The translations under genes and the position numbers were made by a program. Of a DNA stretch of 64,000 nucleotides, positions 41,708-59,126 are shown in pieces. Within the stretch, counting starts at the first letter, position 1. Every line of letters begins with the position of its first letter. The stretch lies in the NCBI RefSeq assembly GCF_041248615.1, contig NZ_CP158426.1; one strand, given 5' to 3'. The stretch is from Escherichia coli (GTDB lineage: Bacteria; Pseudomonadota; Gammaproteobacteria; Enterobacterales; Enterobacteriaceae). The notes beneath the pieces are model-generated. The model saw only the letters and a program-made list of their open reading frames with translations. It was not told the origin of the DNA and ran no database searches.

Positions 41708-42439
41708 TTATGCCCGCCAGAGGCAGCTTCCGCCCTTTTTCTGCACCAGATCGAGACGGGCTTCATGTGCCGCAAGCTCTTCATCTGTCGCAAAAACAAC
41801 GCGTAACTTACTTGCCTGACGCACAATGCGCTGAATTGTTGTTTCACCTTGTTGCTGTTGTGTCTCTCCTTCCATCGCAAAAGCCATCGACGTTTGACCA
41901 CCAGTCATCGCCAGATAAACTTCCGCAAGGATCTGGGCATCGAGTAATGCCCCGTGCAACGTTCGTTTACTGTTATCTATTTCGTAGCGGGCACATAACG
42001 CATCGAGGCTGTTGCGCTTACCGGGAAACATTTTCCTCGCCACCGCAAGGCTATCGGTGACCTTACAGAAGGTATTGGTCTTCGGAATATCGCGCTTAAG
42101 CAACGAAAACTCGTAGTCCATAAAGCCGATATCGAACGCTGCGTTATGGATCACCAACTCCGCGCCGCGAATATAGTCCATGAACTCATCGGCTACTTCG
42201 GCAAACGTGGGCTTATCGAGCAAAAATTCATCGGCAATACCATGTACGCCAAAGGCTTCCGGATCCACCAGCCGATCGGGTTTGAGATAAACATGGAAGT
42301 TATTGCCCGTCAGGCGACGGTTCACCACTTCAACGGCACCAATCTCAATGATCTTGTGGCCTTCATAGTGCGCGCCAATCTGGTTCATACCGGTGGTTTC
42401 GGTATCGAGAACGATCTGGCGTGTAATTGCAGTGCTCAT
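41708..42439 (-). CDS. dnaQ: DNA polymerase III epsilon subunit (3'-5' proofreading exonuclease)
   Basis: ORF trimmed to [19 protein letters not shown]..., 243 aa; exo motifs (DTETTG, H..HGALLDA). Confidence 0.92.
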
Positions 42440-42503
42440 AGCGGTCATTTATGTCAGACTTATCGTTTTACAGTTCGATTCAATTACAGGAAGTCTACCA
42501 GAG

Positions 42504-42971
42504 ATGCTTAAACAGGTAGAAATTTTCACCGATGGTTCGTGTCTGGGTAATCCAGGACCTGGGGGTTACGGCGCTATTTTACGCTATCGCGGACGCGAGA
42601 AAACCTTTAGCGCAGGCTACACCCGCACCACCAACAACCGTATGGAGTTGATGGCCGCTATTGTCGCGCTGGAGGCGTTAAAAGAACATTGCGAAGTCAT
42701 TTTGAGTACCGACAGCCAGTATGTCCGCCAGGGTATCACCCAGTGGATCCATAACTGGAAAAAACGTGGCTGGAAAACCGCAGACAAAAAACCAGTAAAA
42801 AATGTCGATCTCTGGCAACGTCTTGATGCTGCGCTGGGGCAGCATCAAATCAAATGGGAATGGGTTAAAGGCCATGCCGGTCATCCAGAAAACGAACGTT
42901 GCGATGAACTGGCTCGTGCCGCAGCGATGAATCCCACACTGGAAGATACGGGCTATCAAGTCGAAGTTTAA
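42504..42971 (+). CDS. rnhA: ribonuclease HI
   Basis: ORF trimmed to ATG 42504 ([23 protein letters not shown]...), 155 aa; divergent from dnaQ. Confidence 0.92.
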
Positions 42972-43690
42972 GCCTGTGGTTTACGACATTGCCGGGTGGC
43001 TCCAACCGCCTGGCGAATTCGTGGCTTGTTTTTACTCTGTTTCATCGGATTTAGCGTTAAAGGAATAGTCCGTTTCCGGGCGACAATAAGTTGTAAGCAA
43101 CCAAGCGCAGGAATATGCGCATTCAATAGTTTTCCACCGTGTTTGTTCCACGGGAGAACGTGGAAACGGCTGGCGTGTAGCACTTCAAAATTCAACAAAG
43201 AGAGCCAGTCCAGCTGCCGCATCAGAGTAAACATCCGGCTATTATAGGGCGAGGTTTTGCGCAATACCGGCACAAGTTTTCGTAATCCCATTAAACTGAT
43301 GGGATTGAAGCCACTAATCACCAGCCAGCCATCATCAATCAATACCCGATCGGCTTCACGCAATAAACGATGCGGATCGGTGCACCACGGCAATGTATGT
43401 GCCAGTAGACAAACATCAACGGATTTATCGGCAAAAGGAAGATGAAGTGGGTCCGCCTGCACCTGGACGGGCATTCCTTGCGCAGAAACATTCACTTGAT
43501 GAGAAACCGCGCACGCTTCGCAATTGATTTCTGCGCTTAAATTGCCAATCTTAAGCAGATGAAAACCATACATTTTAGTGAACCACGGGTTGAGCTGGCG
43601 CTCCAGCGCCTTGCGATAAAGCTCTCCCCAGGGCAAATCGCCCCAGCAATCAGGAGCCACGACAGTTTGAGGGACTCTTGCCGGTTTCAT
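42968..43690 (-). CDS. yafS: SAM-dependent methyltransferase
   Basis: ORF 42968..43708; start placed at ATG 43690 (MKPARVPQ...); position between rnhA and gloB. Confidence 0.8.
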
Positions 43691-43720
43691 CACAACCTTC
43701 CGTTTCACACTGAGAGGTAA

Positions 43721-44479
<759 letters not shown>

Positions 44480-44550
44480 TAAAACTTTCTTGTCATCGGC
44501 TCCGTTCGCCGTTATGATCGGTCGTCTTTTAAGCAACTATTGACACACAC

Positions 44551-45909
44551 ATGAAGGCAAAAGCGATATTACTCGCCTCTGTCCTGCTCGTGGGTTGCCA
44601 GAGTACCGGCAACGTTCAACAGCACGCACAGAGCCTTTCTGCAGCTGGTCAAGGGGAAGCAGCAAAGTTTACAAGTCAGGCACGATGGATGGACGATGGG
44701 ACGTCTATCGCGCCAGATGGTGACTTGTGGGCTTTCATTGGCGACGAGCTAAAGATGGGAATTCCGGAAAATGACCGGATTCGCGAACAGAAACAGAAAT
44801 ATTTACGCAATAAGAGCTATCTCCACGATGTAACTTTACGGGCAGAGCCGTATATGTACTGGATAGCCGGGCAAGTTAAAAAACGTAACATGCCTATGGA
44901 ACTGGTACTACTACCCATAGTGGAGAGCGCTTTTGATCCTCACGCAACGTCTGGCGCCAATGCAGCAGGCATCTGGCAGATCATTCCGAGCACGGGGCGC
45001 AATTATGGTTTGAAACAGACCCGCAATTATGACGCGCGTCGCGATGTTGTTGCTTCAACAACTGCCGCGCTGAACATGATGCAGCGTCTGAACAAGATGT
45101 TTGACGGCGACTGGCTTCTGACCGTAGCGGCTTATAACAGCGGCGAAGGTCGAGTCATGAAGGCAATTAAAACGAACAAAGCGCGTGGGAAATCCACGGA
45201 CTTCTGGTCGTTACCGTTGCCGCAGGAAACGAAGCAGTACGTGCCTAAAATGCTGGCATTGAGTGATATTCTCAAAAACAGCAAGCGTTATGGCGTACGT
45301 CTGCCAACGACCGATGAAAGCCGTGCTCTGGCGCGTGTGCACCTGAGCAGCCCAGTTGAAATGGCGAAGGTTGCAGATATGGCGGGGATTTCCGTCAGCA
45401 AGCTGAAGACATTCAACGCTGGCGTGAAAGGCTCCACGCTGGGCGCAAGTGGTCCGCAGTACGTAATGGTGCCAAAGAAGCATGCAGATCAACTGCGTGA
45501 ATCTCTGGCTTCGGGCGAAATTGCTGCTGTACAGTCGACGCTGGTTGCCGACAATACGCCGCTTAACAGCCGTGTTTACACCGTACGCTCTGGCGACACG
45601 CTTTCAAGTATCGCTTCACGTCTCGGCGTTAGCACCAAAGATTTGCAGCAGTGGAACAAACTGCGCGGATCTAAGCTGAAGCCAGGCCAAAGCTTGACGA
45701 TTGGCGCAGGTAGTAGCGCACAGCGGTTGGCAAACAACAGCGATAGCATTACGTATCGTGTGCGCAAAGGCGATTCGCTTTCAAGCATTGCTAAACGCCA
45801 CGGCGTGAACATCAAAGATGTGATGCGCTGGAACAGCGATACTGCGAATCTGCAACCAGGCGATAAGCTGACGTTGTTTGTGAAAAACAACAACATGCCA
45901 GATTCCTGA
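44551..45909 (+). CDS. mltD: membrane-bound lytic murein transglycosylase D
   Basis: 452-aa ORF; lipoprotein signal (LLASVLLVGCQS), transglycosylase domain, two C-terminal LysM repeats (YTVRSGDTLSSIASRLGV, YRVRKGDSLSSIAKRHGV). Confidence 0.9.
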   Translation: MKAKAILLASVLLVGCQSTGNVQQHAQSLSAAGQGEAAKFTSQARWMDDGTSIAPDGDLWAFIGDELKMGIPENDRIREQKQKYLRNKSYLHDVTLRAEPYMYWIAGQVKKRNMPMELVLLPIVESAFDPHATSGANAAGIWQIIPSTGRNYGLKQTRNYDARRDVVASTTAALNMMQRLNKMFDGDWLLTVAAYNSGEGRVMKAIKTNKARGKSTDFWSLPLPQETKQYVPKMLALSDILKNSKRYGVRLPTTDESRALARVHLSSPVEMAKVADMAGISVSKLKTFNAGVKGSTLGASGPQYVMVPKKHADQLRESLASGEIAAVQSTLVADNTPLNSRVYTVRSGDTLSSIASRLGVSTKDLQQWNKLRGSKLKPGQSLTIGAGSSAQRLANNSDSITYRVRKGDSLSSIAKRHGVNIKDVMRWNSDTANLQPGDKLTLFVKNNNMPDS

Positions 45910-45923
45910 CAAATCAGATAATG

Positions 45924-45954
45924 AAAGGCACCGATTCCCCCGGTGCCTTTTTTA
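45924..45954 (+). terminator. rho-independent terminator after mltD
   Basis: ggcaccg-attcccc-cggtgcc hairpin followed by TTTTTTA. Confidence 0.5.
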
Positions 45955-45955
45955 T

Positions 45956-46726
45956 TTATGCTGCTTTATGTGCTTCTACAATGATGATATCACTGGTGAA
46001 AGAGCCATCATTCTGCAAGGCAAAATACGTTTTCACCTCTGTCGATGCGCTCTGTTGGTAAATGCGAATAGCGTCTACTAACGCTTCTGGCGTACGCATT
46101 CTCGCGACCCATGAAGAAAATTCCAGCGGTAACTTATCTGTAATTAAATTATCAACTATCAGATTGGCTTCATTGATTAACGTCAACCACTCACCGCTGG
46201 CGTAGTTTCGTACGTGAGAGGTATCGCGTAATGCTTCTACCGTCTGTAACCAGACGTCGCGCACTGGGTGCCCCGGAGACATTACGTCCATCACAATCAG
46301 CCTACCGCCAGGTTTCAATATCCTATTCACTTCTCGCAGTGCTGCACCAACATCATGCCAGTGATGGGCAGAATAACGGCTGATAACAATATCAAATGCG
46401 TTATCGGCAAATGGCAGACTTTCGACATAACCCTGGCGGGTGGTGATATTTTTCAGTTGCCGGGCTTCGGCAGCTTGTGCCACGACATCCAGCATGTGGG
46501 CAGATAAGTCATACGCCACCACCGCGCTCACGTTCTGCGCAGCGACAAAGCTGGCATGCCCTGCTCCGCAGCCCATATCAAGTACACTTGCATCAGGATA
46601 ATCAGCCAGACGCACCGCCAGGCGCTGTAAATCCCGTCCGGATGCATGTACGGTACTAGTCAGATATTCGCTAGCTTGAGAGCTAAACTGCTTTTCTACG
46701 TGGTCATGGTGGGATTGTGATGTCAT
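45956..46726 (-). CDS. yafE: SAM-dependent methyltransferase (UbiE/COQ5-like)
   Basis: 256-aa ORF with methyltransferase motif I (VLDMGCGAGH); position as in K-12. Start codon choice uncertain. Confidence 0.7.
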   Translation of the reverse strand: MTSQSHHDHVEKQFSSQASEYLTSTVHASGRDLQRLAVRLADYPDASVLDMGCGAGHASFVAAQNVSAVVAYDLSAHMLDVVAQAAEARQLKNITTRQGYVESLPFADNAFDIVISRYSAHHWHDVGAALREVNRILKPGGRLIVMDVMSPGHPVRDVWLQTVEALRDTSHVRNYASGEWLTLINEANLIVDNLITDKLPLEFSSWVARMRTPEALVDAIRIYQQSASTEVKTYFALQNDGSFTSDIIIVEAHKAA

Positions 46727-46803
46727 TGCGCTGTCCTTTTGTTGTTTGAGTATAAAAGGGCAGCGCCAAACGTTGGTCTGCCCTGTGGCAGACCTGACAT
46801 ACC

Positions 46804-47655
<852 letters not shown>

Positions 47656-47844
47656 CTACTGTTATAGGGATTTTAGCTCACTCTTTCAACGAGCAATTGT
47701 ATATTGTTATGTAAGCAAGTGCTTACACCGGTCAGAAATTTGCTCATTATTGAGAACATTAAATCGGATGACATATCACGCATCCTGATGGTTTAATGAC
47801 AAATAAATTCAAAATATCTCATCTATTTTGCAACAGGAGCAAAA

Positions 47845-48759
47845 ATGAAAGCCACGTCGGAAGAACTCGCCATTTTTGTTTCGGTCGTCGAAAGCGGCAG
47901 CTTTAGCCGGGCAGCGGAACAATTAGGGCAAGCAAACTCAGCGGTAAGCCGGGCGGTGAAGAAGCTGGAGATGAAACTTGGCGTTAGCCTGCTTAATCGG
48001 ACCACGCGGCAACTTAGCCTGACGGAAGAAGGCGAGCGTTATTTTCGTCGCGTACAGTCAATTTTGCAGGAGATGGCAGCGGCAGAATCAGAAATTATGG
48101 AGACGCGTAATACACCGCGTGGACTGTTGCGCATCGATGCCGCAACTCCAGTAGTGCTGCACTTTCTGATGCCGTTGATTAAGCCTTTCCGTGAACGCTA
48201 TCCGGAAGTCACTTTATCACTAGTCTCCTCCGAAACGATTATTAATTTGATCGAAAGAAAAGTGGATGTCGCGATACGCGCCGGTACGTTAACGGATTCC
48301 AGCTTACGTGCCAGGCCGTTATTTAACAGTTATCGAAAAATTATAGCCTCCCCCGATTATATTTCCCGCTATGGGAAGCCAGAAACGATCGACGATTTAA
48401 AGCAACATGTTTGCCTGGGATTCACTGAACCCGCTTCCCTCAATACCTGGCCGATAGCCTGTAGCGATGGACAATTACATGAGGTGAAGTACGGTTTGTC
48501 ATCCAATAGTGGGGAAACACTGAAACAGCTTTGCCTGAGTGGCAACGGGATTGCGTGTTTGTCCGACTACATGATCGACAGAGAAATCGCTCGCGGAGAA
48601 TTGGTGGAGCTAATGGCAGATAAAGTGTTGCCAGTGGAAATGCCATTCAGTGCAGTCTATTACAGCGACCGTGCGGTAAGTACGCGCATCCGGGCTTTTA
48701 TCGATTTCCTTAGCGAGCATGTAAAAACAGCTCCCGGAGGAGCTGTCAGAGAGGCTTAA
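47845..48759 (+). CDS. yafC: LysR-family transcriptional regulator
   Basis: 304-aa ORF with N-terminal HTH ([23 protein letters not shown]) and LysR substrate-binding domain; divergent from yafD. Confidence 0.8.
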   Translation: MKATSEELAIFVSVVESGSFSRAAEQLGQANSAVSRAVKKLEMKLGVSLLNRTTRQLSLTEEGERYFRRVQSILQEMAAAESEIMETRNTPRGLLRIDAATPVVLHFLMPLIKPFRERYPEVTLSLVSSETIINLIERKVDVAIRAGTLTDSSLRARPLFNSYRKIIASPDYISRYGKPETIDDLKQHVCLGFTEPASLNTWPIACSDGQLHEVKYGLSSNSGETLKQLCLSGNGIACLSDYMIDREIARGELVELMADKVLPVEMPFSAVYYSDRAVSTRIRAFIDFLSEHVKTAPGGAVREA

Positions 48760-49559
48760 TCCCATTCAGGAGCCAGACCTTCCGGGCTAACCAGGCGGTC
48801 GTTGCAATCCAGTGCGGCGATCGCTTTTTTATCTTCGGCATCAAGCTGTAAATTTTGTGCCTTAAGATTACTTTCCAGGTTTTTACGTTTAGTAGAAGAA
48901 GGAATTACTGAGTAACCTTCCCCCATAGCCCACGCCAGAATCACTTGTGCCGGAGTCGCATTGTGTTTAGCTGCGATACGAGCAATAACCTCATCTTTCA
49001 GGGCCTTACCATACGCCAGCGTCATATAGGAAGTAATATGGATGCCGTGCTGTTTAGCCCAGGCAACCACTTTACGGTTTTGCAGATAAGGAGAGAGTTC
49101 AATCTGGTTAGTAGCGATGTTTTCAGCACCAACAGCAGCAATCGCTTTTTCCATCAATGGGATCGTGAAGTTGGAAATACCGATCTCACGCGTCAGCCCT
49201 TGTTTTTTGGCTTCCAGCAGCGCCTGCATAAACTCTTCAACAGAGACTTCATCGTTTGGTGACGGCCAGTGGATTAGCGTCAGATCAACATAATCAGTAC
49301 GCAATTTTTGCAGGCTCTCTTGCAGACTCGGGATCAATTTGTCTTTGCTGAGATTTTCAATCCAGATTTTAGTGGTGATGTAGAGTTCATGACGTGGCAC
49401 GCCACTTTCTGCAATCGCCTGACCTACGGCAGCTTCGTTATCATAGATTTGTGCGGTATCAATTGCGCGATAACCAAGTTCAAGCGCCGTTTTCACAGAT
49501 GAAATAACAACGTCGTCTTTGAGACGGAAAGTACCTAAACCAAATGCAGGGATAGCCAT
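48756..49559 (-). CDS. dkgB: 2,5-diketo-D-gluconate reductase B (aldo-keto reductase)
   Basis: 267-aa ORF with AKR motifs ([23 protein letters not shown]). Confidence 0.85.
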   Translation of the reverse strand: MAIPAFGLGTFRLKDDVVISSVKTALELGYRAIDTAQIYDNEAAVGQAIAESGVPRHELYITTKIWIENLSKDKLIPSLQESLQKLRTDYVDLTLIHWPSPNDEVSVEEFMQALLEAKKQGLTREIGISNFTIPLMEKAIAAVGAENIATNQIELSPYLQNRKVVAWAKQHGIHITSYMTLAYGKALKDEVIARIAAKHNATPAQVILAWAMGEGYSVIPSSTKRKNLESNLKAQNLQLDAEDKKAIAALDCNDRLVSPEGLAPEWD

Positions 49560-49680
49560 AATATGCCTCTTTTAATGCTATTTTCGTTAACTGAGGTGAT
49601 TATGGGCTTCAGACTGTTGCGGAAAAAGAGCGTAAAATGCAGAGGATTTTTGCGATTCTGGCAATAATAGATATACAGAC

Positions 49681-49709
49681 GAAAAAAAACCTCGAGCGTT
49701 AACTCGAGG
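49681..49709 (-). terminator. rrn operon rho-independent terminator
   Basis: Minus strand cctcgagttaacgctcgagg hairpin followed by TTTTTTTTC, just 3' of the distal tRNA-Asp. Confidence 0.6.
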
Positions 49710-49721
49710 CTTCTTAATAAG

Positions 49722-49798
49722 TGGCGGAACGGACGGGACTCGAACCCGCGACCCCCTGCGTGACAGGCAGGTATTCTAACCGACTGAACTACCGCTCC
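49722..49798 (-). tRNA. aspU: tRNA-Asp (GUC), distal tRNA of rrn operon
   Basis: Identical 77-nt tRNA-Asp sequence on minus strand. Confidence 0.95.
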
Positions 49799-49850
49799 AC
49801 CGAATTCTTTTACAACCACCGGTTTTATGACCGGCTTACTGCTAAATTTG

Positions 49851-49970
49851 ATGCCTGGCAGTTCCCTACTCTCGCATGGGGAGACCCCACACTACCATCG
49901 GCGCTACGGCGTTTCACTTCTGAGTTCGGCATGGGGTCAGGTGGGACCACCGCGCTACGGCCGCCAGGCA
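49851..49970 (-). rRNA. rrfH: 5S ribosomal RNA
   Basis: Reverse complement matches E. coli 5S (TGCCTGGCGGCCGTAGCGCGGTGGTCCCACCTGACCCCATGCCGAACTCAG...GCCAGGCAT), 120 nt. Confidence 0.95.
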
Positions 49971-50062
49971 AATTCTGTTTCATCAGACCGCTTCTGCGTT
50001 CTGATTTAATCTGTATCAGGCTGAAAATCTTCTCTCATCCGCCAAAACACCTTCGGCGTTGT

Positions 50063-52967
<2,905 letters not shown>

Positions 52968-53141
52968 TCACAACCCGAAGATGTTTCACTTCAGAGTTGC
53001 GAAAATTTGAGAGACTCACGAACAACTTTCGTTGTTCAGTGTTTCAATTTTCAGCTTGATCCAGATTTTTAAAGAGCAAAACTTCGCAGTGAACCTTTGC
53101 AGGTACACTCTGAAGTATTTTTTATTTAATCACTACAGAGA

Positions 53142-53217
53142 TGGTGGAGCTATGCGGGATCGAACCGCAGACCTCCTGCGTGCAAAGCAGGCGCTCTCCC
53201 AGCTGAGCTATAGCCCC
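53142..53217 (-). tRNA. alaV: tRNA-Ala (UGC), rrn spacer tRNA
   Basis: Reverse complement GGGGCTATAGCTCAGCTGGGAGAGCGCCTGCTTTGCACGCAGGAGGTCTGCGGTTCGATCCCGCATAGCTCCACCA. Confidence 0.95.
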
Positions 53218-53259
53218 ATAACATGTAGTTAAAACCTCTTCAAATTTGCGGTGCAAATT

Positions 53260-53336
<77 letters not shown>

Positions 53337-53404
53337 GTAGAGGTTTTACTGCTCATTTTCATCAGACAATCTGTGTGAGCACTGCAAAGTACGCTTCTTT
53401 AAGG

Positions 53405-54946
<1,542 letters not shown>

Positions 54947-55120
54947 AAAAGTTTGATGCTCAAAGAATTAAACTTCGTAATGAATTACGTGTTCACTCTT
55001 GAGACTTGGTATTCATTTTTCGTCTTGCGACGTTAAGAATCCGTATCTTCGAGTGCCCACACAGATTGTCTGATAAATTGTTAAAGAGCAGTTGCGACGC
55101 GGCTTTCAGCTCACTGTCGC

Positions 55121-55148
55121 GAGGTGGCGTATATTACGCTTTCCTCTT
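55121..55148 (-). promoter_or_regulatory. rrn P2 promoter (-35 TTGACT, 16-nt spacer, -10 TAATAT)
   Basis: Minus strand TTGACTCTGAAAGAGGAAAGCGTAATAT about 180 nt upstream of mature 16S 5' end. Confidence 0.7.
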
Positions 55149-55240
55149 TCAGAGTCAACCCTGAATTTCAGGATTTTTCTCTTCAACCGAACCAGCTGTT
55201 TGTGTGAAGTGATTCACATCCGCCGTGTCGATGGAGGCGC

Positions 55241-55295
55241 ATTATAGGGAGTCGGCTCAGGAAGACAAGCGGAAAAATGCATTTTTATTTCAACC
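55241..55295 (-). promoter_or_regulatory. rrn P1 promoter (-35 TTGTCT, -10 TATAAT, GCGC discriminator) with upstream A/T-rich UP element
   Basis: Minus strand GGTTGAAATAAAAATGCATTTTTCCGC-TTGTCT-16 nt-TATAAT-GCGCC about 300 nt upstream of 16S. Confidence 0.7.
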
Positions 55296-55311
55296 GCTCA
55301 TCTTTTAATCA

Positions 55312-55884
55312 TTACGCCGGTTTTTGCTGCTTTTTTATCGCTTGCGGCAGGTCTGCCAGGCTATTTAACACCCAATCCGCCGCGTTTTCAGCTTCAGGCG
55401 TAACAGGTTTACCCGTACGCACCAGCACTTTTGTTCCCACGTTCGCCGCAGCCGCTGCCTGCATATCTTCTAATTTATCGCCCACCATATAAGAAGCGGC
55501 CATATCAATATGCAAATAATCGCGTGCCGATAAAAGCATCCCCGGATGTGGTTTGCGGCAGTCGCAGACCTGGCGAAACTCTTCAACACTACCCTGCGGA
55601 TGATGCGGGCAATAATAGATACCATCCAGATCGACATCGCGGTCCGCCAGCGACCAGTCCATCCACTCGGTCAGCGTTTCAAACTGTGCTTCAGTAAATT
55701 TACCGCGAGCAATGCCAGACTGGTTGGTTACTACCACCAGCGCAAAGCCCATTTTTTTTAGCTCGCGCATGGCGTCAATAACACCGTCGATAAATTCAAA
55801 GTTGTCGATCTCATGGACATAGCCGTGATCGACATTAATGGTGCCATCACGGTCAAGAAAAATTGCGGGTACGCTCTTCGCCAC
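55312..55884 (-). CDS. gmhB: D-glycero-beta-D-manno-heptose 1,7-bisphosphate 7-phosphatase
   Basis: 190-aa ORF (GTG start) with HAD motif FLDRDGTIN; divergent from metN. Confidence 0.9.
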   Translation of the reverse strand: MAKSVPAIFLDRDGTINVDHGYVHEIDNFEFIDGVIDAMRELKKMGFALVVVTNQSGIARGKFTEAQFETLTEWMDWSLADRDVDLDGIYYCPHHPQGSVEEFRQVCDCRKPHPGMLLSARDYLHIDMAASYMVGDKLEDMQAAAAANVGTKVLVRTGKPVTPEAENAADWVLNSLADLPQAIKKQQKPA

Positions 55885-55973
55885 CTTTTATAGCTCCTTA
55901 ATAAGGCATGTGACGCTAGTATCGCATGTTTCGACCAGCAAGAAAGTGCTCTTCGCATAAACCTGATTGATTT

Positions 55974-55997
55974 AGACGTCTGGATGCCTTAACATCC
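55974..55997 (+). promoter_or_regulatory. MetJ operator (tandem met boxes) upstream of metN
   Basis: AGACGTCT GGATGCCT TAACATCC: one perfect 8-bp met box followed by two degenerate tandem units, about 75-100 bp upstream of metN ATG. Confidence 0.6.
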
Positions 55998-56071
55998 ATT
56001 TCATTGACGGCGTTGCCCGTTCCAGGCATTCGAAATGCCACGACTAACTTAATGACGATAATAAATAATCA

Positions 56072-57103
56072 ATGATAAAACTTTCGAATATCACCAAAGT
56101 GTTCCACCAGGGCACCCGCACCATCCAGGCGTTGAACAACGTCAGCCTGCATGTGCCAGCTGGACAAATTTATGGCGTTATCGGTGCCTCAGGCGCGGGT
56201 AAGAGTACGCTTATACGTTGTGTAAACCTGCTGGAGCGCCCAACCGAGGGTAGCGTGCTGGTCGATGGCCAAGAACTGACCACGCTGTCAGAATCCGAGT
56301 TGACCAAAGCTCGCCGCCAGATTGGTATGATTTTCCAGCATTTTAACCTGCTCTCTTCGCGTACTGTTTTTGGCAACGTGGCTCTGCCGCTGGAGCTGGA
56401 CAACACACCGAAAGATGAGATCAAACGTCGCGTGACGGAATTGCTGTCATTGGTTGGTCTTGGCGATAAACATGATAGCTACCCGTCGAATCTTTCCGGT
56501 GGGCAGAAACAGCGTGTGGCGATTGCCCGTGCGTTAGCCAGCAATCCCAAAGTATTGCTGTGTGATGAGGCCACCAGCGCGCTGGATCCGGCAACGACAC
56601 GTTCTATTCTCGAACTGCTGAAAGACATCAACCGCCGTCTGGGTTTGACGATTCTGTTGATCACCCACGAAATGGACGTTGTGAAGCGTATTTGTGATTG
56701 CGTGGCGGTCATCAGCAATGGCGAACTGATCGAGCAGGACACGGTAAGTGAAGTGTTCTCGCATCCGAAAACGCCGCTGGCGCAGAAGTTTATTCAGTCG
56801 ACCTTGCATCTGGATATCCCGGAAGATTACCAGGAACGTCTGCAAGCGGAGCCATTCACTGACTGCGTGCCGATGTTACGTCTGGAGTTTACCGGTCAAT
56901 CGGTCGATGCCCCACTGCTTTCTGAAACCGCACGTCGTTTCAACGTCAACAACAACATTATTAGCGCGCAGATGGATTACGCCGGTGGCGTTAAGTTCGG
57001 CATCATGCTGACTGAAATGCACGGCACACAACAAGATACGCAAGCCGCCATTGCCTGGCTGCAGGAACACCATGTAAAAGTAGAGGTACTGGGTTATGTC
57101 TGA
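56072..57103 (+). CDS. metN: D/L-methionine ABC transporter ATP-binding protein
   Basis: 343-aa ORF with Walker [10 protein letters not shown] and ABC signature LSGGQKQR. Confidence 0.92.
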
Positions 57104-57749
57104 GCCGATGATGTGGCTGCTGGTTCGTGGCGTATGGGAAACGCTGGCAATGACCTTCGTATCCGGTTTTTTTGGATTTGTGATTGGTCTGCCGGTTGGC
57201 GTCCTGCTTTATGTCACGCGTCCGGGGCAAATTATTGCTAACGCGAAGCTGTATCGTACCGTTTCTGCGATTGTGAACATTTTCCGTTCCATCCCGTTCA
57301 TTATCTTGCTGGTATGGATGATTCCGTTTACCCGCGTTATTGTTGGTACATCGATTGGTTTGCAGGCAGCGATTGTTCCGTTAACCGTTGGTGCAGCACC
57401 GTTTATTGCCCGTATGGTCGAGAACGCTCTGCTGGAGATCCCAACCGGGCTAATTGAAGCTTCCCGCGCAATGGGTGCCACACCGATGCAGATCGTCCGT
57501 AAAGTGCTGTTGCCAGAAGCACTGCCGGGTCTGGTGAATGCTGCGACTATCACCCTGATTACCCTGGTCGGTTATTCCGCGATGGGTGGTGCAGTCGGTG
57601 CCGGTGGTTTAGGTCAGATTGGCTATCAGTATGGCTACATCGGCTACAACGCGACGGTGATGAATACGGTACTGGTATTGCTGGTCATTCTGGTTTATTT
57701 AATTCAGTTCGCAGGCGACCGCATCGTCCGGGCTGTCACTCGCAAGTAA
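57096..57749 (+). CDS. metI: D/L-methionine ABC transporter permease
   Basis: 217-aa polytopic ORF overlapping metN stop. Confidence 0.92.
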
Positions 57750-57788
57750 CGTTCAACACAACATAAATAATTGAAGAAGGAATAAGGT

Positions 57789-58604
57789 ATGGCGTTCAAA
57801 TTCAAAACCTTTGCGGCAGTGGGAGCCCTGATTGGATCACTGGCACTGGTAGGCTGCGGTCAGGATGAAAAAGATCCAAACCACATTAAAGTCGGCGTGA
57901 TTGTTGGTGCCGAACAGCAGGTTGCAGAAGTCGCGCAGAAAGTTGCGAAAGACAAATATGGCCTGGACGTTGAGCTGGTAACCTTCAACGACTATGTTCT
58001 GCCAAACGAAGCATTGAGCAAAGGCGATATCGACGCCAACGCCTTCCAGCATAAACCGTACCTTGATCAGCAACTGAAAGATCGTGGCTACAAACTGGTC
58101 GCAGTAGGCAACACTTTTGTTTATCCGATTGCAGGTTACTCCAAGAAAATCAAATCACTGGATGAACTGCAGGATGGTTCGCAGGTTGCCGTGCCAAACG
58201 ACCCAACTAACCTTGGTCGTTCACTGCTGCTGCTGCAAAAAGTGGGCTTGATCAAACTGAAAGATGGCGTTGGCCTGCTGCCGACCGTTCTTGATGTTGT
58301 TGAGAACCCCAAAAATCTGAAAATTGTTGAGCTGGAAGCACCGCAGCTGCCGCGTTCTCTGGACGACGCGCAAATCGCTCTGGCAGTTATCAATACCACC
58401 TATGCCAGCCAGATTGGCCTGACTCCGGCGAAAGACGGTATCTTTGTCGAAGATAAAGAGTCCCCGTACGTAAACCTGATCGTAACGCGTGAAGATAACA
58501 AAGACGCCGAGAACGTGAAGAAATTCGTCCAGGCTTATCAGTCTGACGAAGTTTACGAAGCAGCAAACAAAGTGTTTAACGGCGGCGCTGTTAAAGGCTG
58601 GTAA
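57789..58604 (+). CDS. metQ: D/L-methionine ABC transporter substrate-binding lipoprotein
   Basis: 271-aa ORF with lipobox (LALVGCGQ), NlpA-family binding protein. Confidence 0.92.
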   Translation: MAFKFKTFAAVGALIGSLALVGCGQDEKDPNHIKVGVIVGAEQQVAEVAQKVAKDKYGLDVELVTFNDYVLPNEALSKGDIDANAFQHKPYLDQQLKDRGYKLVAVGNTFVYPIAGYSKKIKSLDELQDGSQVAVPNDPTNLGRSLLLLQKVGLIKLKDGVGLLPTVLDVVENPKNLKIVELEAPQLPRSLDDAQIALAVINTTYASQIGLTPAKDGIFVEDKESPYVNLIVTREDNKDAENVKKFVQAYQSDEVYEAANKVFNGGAVKGW

Positions 58605-58721
58605 TTTTTAGGCTGTTTCCACAATTTGTAATATCATTCAGGACGGGCGCTTGCCCGTCTTGTCATTTCTACAAGCTCCTGATTCAATATTGACGTTTTG
58701 ATCATACATTGAGGAAATACT

Positions 58722-59126
58722 ATGCGTGCTTTACCGATCTGTTTAGTAGCACTCATGCTAAGCGGCTGTTCCATGTTAAGCAGATCCCCTGTCGAACCCG
58801 TTCAAAGCACTGCACCCCAGCCGAAAGCGGAGCCTGCAAAACCGAAAGCGCCGCGCGCCACGCCGGTCCGAATTTATACCAATGCAGAAGAATTAGTCGG
58901 CAAACCGTTCCGCGATCTCGGTGAAGTCAGTGGCGACTCTTGCCAGGCCTCTAATCAGGACTCTCCGCCGAGCATTCCAACCGCGCGTAAGCGGATGCAA
59001 ATCAACGCCTCGAAAATGAAAGCCAATGCGGTATTACTGCATAGCTGCGAAGTCACCAGCGGTACGCCAGGCTGCTATCGTCAGGCTGTATGTATCGGTT
59101 CTGCGCTTAACATTACGGCGAAATGA
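58722..59126 (+). CDS. rcsF: Rcs phosphorelay outer-membrane lipoprotein sensor
   Basis: 134-aa ORF with lipobox (LMLSGCSM) and Pro/Ala-rich linker. Confidence 0.9.
   Translation: MRALPICLVALMLSGCSMLSRSPVEPVQSTAPQPKAEPAKPKAPRATPVRIYTNAEELVGKPFRDLGEVSGDSCQASNQDSPPSIPTARKRMQINASKMKANAVLLHSCEVTSGTPGCYRQAVCIGSALNITAK

Noticed and set aside
41492-41819. ORFs 41492..41806 and 41589..41819 (+)
   Set aside because: They overlap tRNA-Asp and the 3' end of dnaQ; no support as genes.
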